In this document: positions 25,973-32,942 of the stretch, one piece after another | Numbering within the stretch: position 1 is the first letter of the stretch | How the letters are laid out: each line of letters starts with the position of its first letter | Origin: a virus | Taxonomy: Duplodnaviria > Heunggongvirae > Uroviricota > Caudoviricetes | Reading direction: 5' to 3' (one strand) | DNA length: 36,121 nucleotides | IMG/VR virus record: IMGVR_UViG_2778261180_000005 | The notes under the pieces: generated by a model | The model's database searches: none | Seen by the model: the letters and a program-made list of their open reading frames with translations, nothing else | What the model was told of the DNA's origin: nothing | Position numbers and translations under genes: made by a program

Positions 25973-26467
25973 TTATCGCGTAAGACGTACTTTAATATTT
26001 TTAATCGGGCTAATTCCCTGTTTACGTCGTTCGGCTTGAATTAATTTAGACAGTTGACGTTCATAATCAGTCTTTAATTGCTGGAGAACACCTAATGACT
26101 CATAGGCGAAAGTATTCCCTTTCACGGTCATTTGAGATAATGCGGCTTCGTCCCCAGATAAACGGGCGAAAATAACTTGCTCGATTAAGGCGATAGTTTC
26201 CCGCAGATATTCTTTTTTGGATTGTTTGGCGAATACTGGCAAAACAGTTAATTCCTGCATTGATACCAGTTCATCATCCAAAGTTATTACGATGGTATAT
26301 TTACCTTCGGCAAAATCTAAGGTTTTAATCTCATGATTAGCCGGAGTATCATCAACCTGATAAATGATACCTTTACTATTTCCTACCTGAATTGTTACAC
26401 CCTCTTCATTCGCCAGCGTGATTTTTTCGCCTTTACGAATTACTAAGGGAATTAGTTCTAAACTCAT
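25973..26467 (-). CDS. head-tail joining gpW-like protein with N-terminal extension (164 aa)
   Basis: Sits in the gpW position between terminase and portal. The C-terminal half (LRETIALIEQVIFARLSGDE...VKGNTFAYESLGVLQQLKTDYERQL...RRKQG) follows the lambda gpW pattern. Confidence 0.5.
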   Translation of the reverse strand: MSLELIPLVIRKGEKITLANEEGVTIQVGNSKGIIYQVDDTPANHEIKTLDFAEGKYTIVITLDDELVSMQELTVLPVFAKQSKKEYLRETIALIEQVIFARLSGDEAALSQMTVKGNTFAYESLGVLQQLKTDYERQLSKLIQAERRKQGISPIKNIKVRLTR

Positions 26468-26539
26468 AATTACCCCTTATTTAATTGTTATTGGATTAAC
26501 AATATTTAGGAGTAAGCCGCCCCGAAGGACGGCGAGTTA

Positions 26540-28444
26540 TTAGAACGATGTTACCCAACTACGGCCTCTATTTGGACGTCTGGCGATGTTTTTACGTTGT
26601 GGTCGTGTGATTGGCTTAGTTTCTTCGATTTTCTCGTCAGATTGCGATTTAGGAGCTTTTACGGGTTCTTCGACAACACGGTTTAAGCTGTCTTTCATTG
26701 CAATGAGTTTATCCCATGACATTTTTGAAAGGACGTAGCGAGAAGCCGCTGTAGCATACACGGCGCAGTCGAGCGCCTCGTTCCTAACGCCTGGGTTCTT
26801 TACCCATCTCACGCCAGTAGTAGTACGCTTGACAGATTCACTTAAAAGCTGATCGAGATAATCATCAGGAACGGTGTCTGATATTTCTAAGCCAATATGA
26901 GGATTATCTTTCAGGTTCCTAGCCAACATTTCACGAAATGCAGTTTTACCCACATTAACACCCAACATAAGCAATTCATGACCACCTGTGCGGGTAGGTT
27001 TAACCGGAATGATCGGAGCGTTACCAGCAGAACTACCTTTGATAGCGTGTAAGTTCTTCCACTTGCCGCAAATACGGTATCCAGCTTGAGTGAATCGACC
27101 GTTCGATGTATCAAGGAAGCTGGCGAGCATAGGAACACGATCACCCGATACAGTAGTAAATTTGGTTTTATGGAAGTTGATTAATCTATCCCATACAGGG
27201 GATTCATATCGTTCACAGTTATGATCGTAAAAGCTGCGATGATCCAGAATATAAATCTTATCCTTTGCCACGCCCATGATTGTAGTTTCTGCGCGATCTA
27301 ATTGCTGGTCGGTACCCGCACACAAGAAAATCACGTCATCAGGGATATTCTCGATAGAAACATCTGTTTTTAGTTGTTCCAGTTCATTTGCTTCTACTGC
27401 CGTGTCCTGATCGTCGTATACCTTGCCTAACACGGTGTTATAAAATGATTGTAAATCAAAGGATTGCCACGCATGGCTAAAATCAACCACACAAGCGCGG
27501 ATCGTGCTGAAAGGTGAATACAGACGGCTGATCCAGAATCCTGCTACCTCACTTTCACGGGTTGCTCTCCACTCGCCTTGTGCTACTGCCCTGATTCGTT
27601 CCCCTTCGGTCCATGCGTTCTTACAGTGGGGGCAAATATAACGAGCGGTATCAGGATCGGGTAAGTTCTTACCATCGATGTTACGCCATTCAAATTGAAC
27701 GTTTTCCCACTCGATCACCTGGTGTTCCCCGCAATGAGGACACGGAACAAAAAACATACGCATATCACTTGATAACCATTGCTGGTTAATGCTTCCGAGC
27801 TTACTGGTCGGGGTACTGGATACGACTAATCGGCCTTCATCGCCAAAGGTAGTTAAACGGTTAGCAGCCAGTGCCACCGGATCACCTTCTTCTGAGGCTG
27901 TAGCAGCATCGATTTCGTCAAGCAATCCAACCTTTGCGGTCTTACCGCGTAGGGTTGATGGACTAGTAAGCGATACCATATAAAGGAAGTGGTTTGATTT
28001 GAGCTGGAGCTGATTGTTGTTATTAACAGAATTGCGATCATTCTTGTCTGTAACCACGTCTTTTAATGCATCACATGCTTCGATAGACGGTCGGATCTTA
28101 CCCGCGAGATATTGAGACATTTCTTTAGCGGTTGATTGTCCGATAATCATATTGCATGGATCGTTAGCCATCTGGTTAAACAGGATACCGTTTAGGATGG
28201 TAGTTTTTCCGATCTGCGCACTGGTCATCAGTACATACTTTTTCTTATTCTCAAGGAAAGGAGCATCAATCATGCCTTTCTGGAATGACAGCAATTTAAC
28301 TTTATCCCCCGCTTGAGGACCATCTACCAGCACCATATTCGCTTCGCACCATTCAGAAGGAAGGAGTTTAGGCGGTGGCGTAATATATTTGGCTGCATTT
28401 TTGAGAATCTTTTTTAATTTGGCCTTATTAGAAATCAGTTTCAT
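26540..28444 (-). CDS. terminase large subunit, lambda gpA type (634 aa)
   Basis: Walker A SAQIGKTT, Walker [11 protein letters not shown], paired CxxC motifs (CPHCGEHQ ... CPHCKNAW). First gene of the late operon. SD GAGGGT. Confidence 0.95.
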   Translation of the reverse strand: MKLISNKAKLKKILKNAAKYITPPPKLLPSEWCEANMVLVDGPQAGDKVKLLSFQKGMIDAPFLENKKKYVLMTSAQIGKTTILNGILFNQMANDPCNMIIGQSTAKEMSQYLAGKIRPSIEACDALKDVVTDKNDRNSVNNNNQLQLKSNHFLYMVSLTSPSTLRGKTAKVGLLDEIDAATASEEGDPVALAANRLTTFGDEGRLVVSSTPTSKLGSINQQWLSSDMRMFFVPCPHCGEHQVIEWENVQFEWRNIDGKNLPDPDTARYICPHCKNAWTEGERIRAVAQGEWRATRESEVAGFWISRLYSPFSTIRACVVDFSHAWQSFDLQSFYNTVLGKVYDDQDTAVEANELEQLKTDVSIENIPDDVIFLCAGTDQQLDRAETTIMGVAKDKIYILDHRSFYDHNCERYESPVWDRLINFHKTKFTTVSGDRVPMLASFLDTSNGRFTQAGYRICGKWKNLHAIKGSSAGNAPIIPVKPTRTGGHELLMLGVNVGKTAFREMLARNLKDNPHIGLEISDTVPDDYLDQLLSESVKRTTTGVRWVKNPGVRNEALDCAVYATAASRYVLSKMSWDKLIAMKDSLNRVVEEPVKAPKSQSDEKIEETKPITRPQRKNIARRPNRGRSWVTSF

Positions 28445-28529
28445 GTAATTACCCTCATTACGAAATATGAAGGTATTTATTAAATTGTTGATATTTTGAT
28501 AAATACGGGTATTAATTAAAGGGGGGTGT

Positions 28530-29132
28530 ATGCTAATTAATCAGCAACAAAGAGATGAATTAGAATTAGCCTTGTCTTGTACCGATCATGAATATCGTTT
28601 ACCAGTTAAGCATAAGCATTTAAAAACCGACTACACAACATCTGGCTTTAGTCGTGAGGAAGCGAAAGAGATTTTAATAGAGTTTTACCGCGATAATGGT
28701 TATACAGACGTTCACAACTTCTTTAAGAAGCATAGAACATCACATACAGAGTTTCGGAGAGTCCGAGATTGGTTTGATTTTGATATCAAGCGTTATTATC
28801 GAGTGGATGACGGTCCTATCTATCGGTTGCAGTGGACACCGATCAGGGAAGTGTTGAAACAGAAGAGATTGAATCACGCAATTACACGCTATCGTAACGA
28901 GGCTTTCAAGAAAGGCTATGGTGATACAAGGGAACTATTCGTTGAACTCGCTAACGTGCGTTATAGCCACTATTACAACGATCCTAAAGGGTTCTTTGAA
29001 GTGCTTCGCAAGGTTGATATAAGTCGGGGTACATACTATTCACGGTTGAAGAAGTACGGGATTAAGGCAGAGTTCTTTATGAGTATTGACGATGGAGAAC
29101 TTTTTCCGATAAAATGTAAGTCCTCTAAATAA
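28530..29132 (+). CDS. DNA-binding protein with two tandem copies of a ~55-aa HTH module (200 aa)
   Basis: Internal duplication. The second module, [30 protein letters not shown], matches the 75-aa and 60-aa proteins. SD GGGGGG. Confidence 0.7.
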   Translation: MLINQQQRDELELALSCTDHEYRLPVKHKHLKTDYTTSGFSREEAKEILIEFYRDNGYTDVHNFFKKHRTSHTEFRRVRDWFDFDIKRYYRVDDGPIYRLQWTPIREVLKQKRLNHAITRYRNEAFKKGYGDTRELFVELANVRYSHYYNDPKGFFEVLRKVDISRGTYYSRLKKYGIKAEFFMSIDDGELFPIKCKSSK

Positions 29133-29166
29133 AGGTGAACATTCACTTTAATTTGGAGAAATGACT

Positions 29167-29394
29167 ATGACTACTAAAGCTACTCGCGGTCGTCCTTGCC
29201 GTTTTAACGCTGAACAGATGGCTGATATTGCCTACGCTTACTATACAGCGGATCGTGGTAAGGAAGCGAAAGAACAGATTCTTAGTGAACATGGGATCTC
29301 AATCGCCCAATTCTATAAGAATATGAAGAAGTTAGACATTAAATTCTATGTTCAGATCGGTGATGGTCAGATCGTAGAAGCAACAGGTTTTTGA
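29167..29394 (+). CDS. small HTH protein, paralogue family (75 aa from ATG 29167)
   Basis: RGRPCRF...GISIAQFYKNMKKLDIKFYVQIGDGQIV. GGAG lies 8 nt before ATG 29167 but only 2 nt before ATG 29161. Confidence 0.7.
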   Translation: MTTKATRGRPCRFNAEQMADIAYAYYTADRGKEAKEQILSEHGISIAQFYKNMKKLDIKFYVQIGDGQIVEATGF

Positions 29395-29409
29395 GTTTTG
29401 ATTCTCTTT

Positions 29410-29433
29410 GCCACTCTTCGGAGTGGCTTTTTT
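29410..29433 (+). terminator. rho-independent terminator
   Basis: GCCACTC-TTCG-GAGTGGC followed by TTTTTT. Confidence 0.85.
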
Positions 29434-29568
29434 GTATGTAAAACAATCTCGCCAGTTTTGGTGAGATCTATAGATGCCCTCAAAACTGAGGGGATGTGCT
29501 TAAAGTTCAGCATATCTATCTAAGTGGTTGATTCTTTCTAGAAATCCAAATCTGGATGCATCAGATAC

Positions 29569-29598
29569 AAAAAAGCCCAGCGCAATTATGCGCCGGGC
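29569..29598 (-). terminator. rho-independent terminator after the Rha-like gene
   Basis: Minus strand reads GCCCGGCGCA-TAAT-TGCGCTGGGC followed by TTTTTT. Confidence 0.8.
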
Positions 29599-29604
29599 GA
29601 TTAA

Positions 29605-30435
29605 TCAGATCCCAAAATCAACAAGGGAAATTACGTTACCTGATTCACGAATCTGTTTAGCAGCTTTGTTTTGAATCAGAATAGTGTTGTTCGGCTTAGG
29701 AAGATTCAGAGTTGCTTTTTGTTCTTCTTCCAGAATACCCAATTCAACCAACACAGGAAGAACATCAACCGTAAACTCAAGTTGGTAGTGAGCATTCATG
29801 CGGCAGAAAGACAGAGAAGAGTCATTAGCAACATACCCACACGGCTTGTTATTTTCATCGTAGACGCGCTCAATGTAGCCAGCAGTACGCAAGGCCGTTA
29901 GTGCTTCTTTAACCTTCGTAGCGCCCTTTTTAGCGCCTAACAGACGGGTCATTGAATGGCTATCTACTGATTTGCGAACATGAAGTTCAATCAGCTTTTT
30001 ATTTTCGCGAGTTTTCTTTAATGCCAGTTCGATCCAGTCTGTTTCTTCAAAGTCTGCATATGGATTAACGGCTAAACGTTCCTGACGCAGTTTTTCATTT
30101 TCTTCTTTCAGTCGCTTCCATTCCTGAATAACAACCATTCGACGCTTAACATCGTAACCAGTGACAAGAGTCAGCGTCATTTCTTCGTCTAAGTGATATA
30201 CTGGTTCTTTAACAGCATATCCTAAGTTATTGATTCTCTCGACAAATTCAGTTTTGAGCTGATCGATAATACCTAAAGATTCGTACATTTCGCGAATATC
30301 GCGCATTACATTGCTGTGCTTCTTATCGGTAAATTCAGCGATCTGACGAGAAGACATGGTCAGCGGTTTGGTGTTATCAACAACCAGAGACATTGAAGCA
30401 GTTTTAACAGTATTCATAGTAGTAACAGTATTCAT
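29605..30435 (-). CDS. Rha-family phage regulatory protein with C-terminal winged-helix-like domain (276 aa)
   Basis: MSSRQIAEFTDKKHSNVMRDIREM is the Rha N-terminal signature. The first 18 nt are tandemly duplicated (MNTVTT/MNTVKT). Confidence 0.8.
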   Translation of the reverse strand: MNTVTTMNTVKTASMSLVVDNTKPLTMSSRQIAEFTDKKHSNVMRDIREMYESLGIIDQLKTEFVERINNLGYAVKEPVYHLDEEMTLTLVTGYDVKRRMVVIQEWKRLKEENEKLRQERLAVNPYADFEETDWIELALKKTRENKKLIELHVRKSVDSHSMTRLLGAKKGATKVKEALTALRTAGYIERVYDENNKPCGYVANDSSLSFCRMNAHYQLEFTVDVLPVLVELGILEEEQKATLNLPKPNNTILIQNKAAKQIRESGNVISLVDFGI

Positions 30436-30538
30436 AGTAAAAATTCCCCTTAAACGGTTTAGTGATTGATTCTCCTGTTTTTAACTGTCCACACGCCAAC
30501 GGCGCGCGGAACAATTTTATTTATAAGAAGTTTTTATC

Positions 30539-30685
30539 TCATTTAGATTCAGCAATCGCGCGATCAATTTCTTCTTGAATGCGACGCTGGCGTTCATGGA
30601 AGTCAACCATTGAGAAATTCAGGTTTGGGGTCCACGGTTTGCGGTTCGGGTTTTTACGTCCATCAATTTTCTTAGTAGTGTTCAT
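30539..30685 (-). CDS. putative small basic protein (48 aa)
   Basis: Not in the ORF track. MNTTKKIDGRKNPNRKPWTPNLNFSMVDFHERQRRIQEEIDRAIAESK. SD AGAGGA 8 nt upstream. About 50 nt downstream of a strong promoter. Confidence 0.5.
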   Translation of the reverse strand: MNTTKKIDGRKNPNRKPWTPNLNFSMVDFHERQRRIQEEIDRAIAESK

Positions 30686-30743
30686 AATTAACATCCTCTT
30701 TACAAATCTAGGTCAAATAGGTTCAAAGTTGTCAAGTGCGATA

Positions 30744-30772
30744 ATCATAAAAAAGTCATAAAATTTTGTCAA
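30744..30772 (-). promoter_or_regulatory. sigma70-type promoter driving the 48-aa ORF and Rha gene
   Basis: Minus strand has TTGACA (30772-30767), a 17-nt spacer, and TATGAT (30749-30744). Confidence 0.7.
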
Positions 30773-30785
30773 TACCCCTTGACAA
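30766..30785. promoter_or_regulatory. operator-like palindrome TTGTCAA-N6-TTGACAA overlapping the -35
   Basis: Perfect 7-bp inverted repeat. Further TTGAC(A/C)-type half sites at about 30711, 30721, 30729 and 30798. Confidence 0.5.
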
Positions 30786-30807
30786 GACGCCAAAGGGTTG
30801 ACCTAAC

Positions 30808-31260
30808 TTACAGCATATCTAAGCCTTCATCGTAACCGTAGAAGCCATTCTGAGAAGAGAAGCAGATTGGTGCGTAGTCGTCGTCATCTTCGTCTTGTTC
30901 ATCGTGTTCTGGGGCTTCCTGAGCGGGTTGTTTACCATAATCAGCCATAATCTGGTCAAGATCGGCGATCCCATAGTAAGAGCCTAAATCAACGTCATAT
31001 TCACGAACATCAAACGGCAGGTCATCACGAACAATAATTGCCGGAATGTTGTTGTATTGTTCACGACCTTCATCAGTAAAGCAGTCTACGATCACCGTAG
31101 GGCGACCATTACGTTTAAGAGCATAGAAAGCAGTTGAGAAATTGGAGTCTTCGGAATGACGAATGATGTTATAACCACGATTAGCGAAAACATGCATCAT
31201 AGCCAGATTATCATCATGGTTCAGACCCAGAAGAATGAAAGGAGTTTTAGTATTGATCAT
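30808..31260 (-). CDS. hypothetical protein with highly acidic C-terminal tail (150 aa)
   Basis: SD AGAGGA. C-terminus EAPEHDEQDEDDDDYAPICF...YDEGLDML. No family recognised. Confidence 0.7.
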   Translation of the reverse strand: MINTKTPFILLGLNHDDNLAMMHVFANRGYNIIRHSEDSNFSTAFYALKRNGRPTVIVDCFTDEGREQYNNIPAIIVRDDLPFDVREYDVDLGSYYGIADLDQIMADYGKQPAQEAPEHDEQDEDDDDYAPICFSSQNGFYGYDEGLDML

Positions 31261-31356
31261 AGTGGAAATCCTCTAAAAGAAAGTGAATCAAAGTAAGTTC
31301 ACTATTATTTATAACGAGAAATTTTTGTCTAATTTGAAAGGAATTGGTATTCAGTC

Positions 31357-31858
31357 GGCTTCGCCTCCTTCATAGATTTTGATTAAATCATCATCAAAAC
31401 GAAGAAGTATCTTTAGAATATAAGAATCTTTCTTTTGGAGAAATAATAATCCGGAAGCAATTTAGCAACCGAAGGTTGCAATCCCGAAGGGATACCAATA
31501 CCTTTCATGATCATTAAAGTGATCTAGAATCATCTAGTAACCAGTTAACTACTATTATCTTCAAAGTGATTATTACTATCTTTCTAGAATCAGTTAGTAA
31601 CTAGTTTAAAATCCCTTTCAAGAAAATCCTTTCAGAAGTGATTCTCGATGCCACGCAGTGGCGTCGCAGACGTTTGAGAGTGAGCGAAGCGAGCGAGCAA
31701 ACTAGTTAATTCCTTCTAAGACCATCTAGTATCATCTAGTTTAAATTAGTGTTACTAGAAGTAATTGGTTAGCGCTTCGCGCAGTCGGGCTACGCCCTCC
31801 TAATATCTTTTTGGTTATTTGTTGTTTTTGGTTTTACACATGAGCGTAGCGAATGTGT
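31357..31858. repeat. cluster of G/C-clamped mini-hairpins with trinucleotide GNA (or complementary TNC) loops
   Basis: GGC-TTC-GCC 31357. GCAACC-GAA-GGTTGC 31465. ATCCC-GAA-GGGAT 31481. GATGCCAC-GCA-GTGGCGTC 31647. GC-GAA-GC 31684. GCGC-TTC-GCGC 31772. GGGC-TAC-GCCC 31787. ACACAT-ga(GC-GTA-GC)ga-ATGTGT 31836. Confidence 0.75.
31523..31606. repeat. two copies of a 24-bp CTAG-rich repeat exactly 60 bp apart
   Basis: TCTAGAATCATCTAGTAACCAGTT (31523-31546) and TCTAGAATCAGTTAGTAACTAGTT (31583-31606), 21/24 identical. Related CATCTAGT motifs at 31724-31740. Confidence 0.75.
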
Positions 31859-31890
31859 TATATAATATCTATGCACGCCCGATCCCCCGC

Positions 31891-32133
31891 TTTTGCCCCT
31901 CACTAAGTTAATGTTTTATAAAGAGTTTTTCTCACCAATCCTTTTCGGGGGCAAATTTCAGGGGCAAAAATTAGATTTTCAGGGGCAATTATTGGCATTT
32001 CAGGGGCAAAAATGAGGGGCAAAATCACTGTTTCCCAGAATTTCAGGGGCAAAAATAGTGGGTTTCAGGGGCAAAAATGGGATAGTGAAATCTAGGGGAT
32101 TTTGGTTCAGGGGCAAAATTCAGGGGCAAATTT
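31891..32133. repeat. iteron array: nine direct copies of (T)TTCAGGGGCAAA(A) plus one inverted copy
   Basis: GGGGCAA cores start at 31948, 31961, 31982, 32003, 32016, 32046, 32068, 32110 and 32123. The inverted copy is at 31893-31899. Confidence 0.9.
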
Positions 32134-32135
32134 CA

Positions 32136-32185
32136 TAGTGTAGGGCTAGTGTAGGTTTGAAAATCCTTTGTTGACACTGTGTAGG
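32136..32185. promoter_or_regulatory. three GTGTAGG operator-like repeats around the promoter
   Basis: TAGTGTAGG at 32136-32144 and 32147-32155. TGTGTAGG at 32178-32185, inside the -35/-10 spacer. Confidence 0.6.
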
Positions 32186-32199
32186 ATCGGTGGTATACT
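32171..32199 (+). promoter_or_regulatory. near-consensus sigma70 promoter with extended -10
   Basis: TTGACA (32171-32176), 17-nt spacer, TGgTATACT (32191-32199). Confidence 0.8.
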
Positions 32200-32465
32200 T
32201 GAAAATTCGAGATAAATATGTTATAATATTTGTATTGAAAGTGAAAATTTACCGATTTTCCTTCCTATTGTTATCACTGTGTTAAATTGTTATATGTCTG
32301 TGAAGATTTGGATCTGAGAGAAAATCTTGTAACAAATCTTTACAATTCATAGCTCAATTAATGCTCACCGCTTTAGCAAAAAGTGCTATGCCTTTTTCTA
32401 AATTGATTGAATAAACATCAATTTGGTTAATTCGTGTTCTTCTCTTTAGCAATTCGTGCTGCGGT

Positions 32466-32512
32466 TTAACACATTTAACACGCCTGATAACATCCAAATA
32501 ACATTTTAACAT
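32466..32512. repeat. five phased (T/A)TAACA(C/T) repeats in AT-rich DNA
   Basis: TTAACAC at 32466 and 32475. ATAACAT at 32487 and 32498. TTAACAT at 32506. Spacing is 8-12 bp. Confidence 0.5.
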
Positions 32513-32591
32513 ATCTCTGTTCTAAATACATATATAAGAGATAAATGTGAGGGGTTGAAAAATTAAAAACAATCCCCATATAAATAATAGT

Positions 32592-32612
32592 GAGCGGTTA
32601 ACGCTCTTTTTT
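32592..32612 (+). terminator. short terminator/attenuator at the end of the untranslated leader
   Basis: GAGCG-GTTAA-CGCTC followed by TTTTTT. Lies 35 nt before the start of the 60-aa HTH gene. Confidence 0.55.
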
Positions 32613-32647
32613 AAGAAATCATTAATCCAGATTTAGGAGGATTCAAG

Positions 32648-32830
32648 ATGGCACGACCTGTTAAGTTCACTCGTGAAATCGTTTTAGAAATGGCAAAGCG
32701 TTATTTTGAACTGACGCCTGATGTAGTGATTGGTGAATGGTTTAAAGGTGAAGGTATTGATCAATCAACCTTCCACAAACTCTTAAAGAAGTATGACATT
32801 AAAGTAAAGATAACCGCAGAGGTTTACTGA
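32648..32830 (+). CDS. small HTH protein, paralogue family (60 aa)
   Basis: ARPVKFTREIV...GIDQSTFHKLLKKYDIKVKIT. Strong SD AGGAGG. Confidence 0.75.
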   Translation: MARPVKFTREIVLEMAKRYFELTPDVVIGEWFKGEGIDQSTFHKLLKKYDIKVKITAEVY

Positions 32831-32872
32831 TACTTTGACTGAGAATTATATGATGGCTTTAAAAATAAAAAA

Positions 32873-32900
32873 GCCCCCTTGCGGCAACAAGGAGGCTTTT
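32873..32900 (+). terminator. terminator-like hairpin
   Basis: GCCCCCTTG-6nt-CAAGGAGGC (one mismatch) followed by TTTT. Confidence 0.6.
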
Positions 32901-32942
32901 GCGATGAACAATTAAAACTAACTTTCCACAGGAGTATTTATA

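Noticed and set aside
30579-30761. 60-aa plus-strand ORF
   Set aside because: Antisense to the SD-preceded 48-aa minus-strand ORF and its promoter. It has no SD.
31911-32015. 34-codon ORF reading through the iterons (MFYKEFFSPILFGGKFQGQKLDFQGQLLAFQGQK)
   Set aside because: No SD. The frame is kept only because three repeats are 21 bp apart, and later copies fall out of frame.
31891-32133. Possible CRISPR array
   Set aside because: The repeats are only ~13 bp with irregular 0-29 bp gaps, no palindromic repeat, no unique spacers of constant length and no cas genes.
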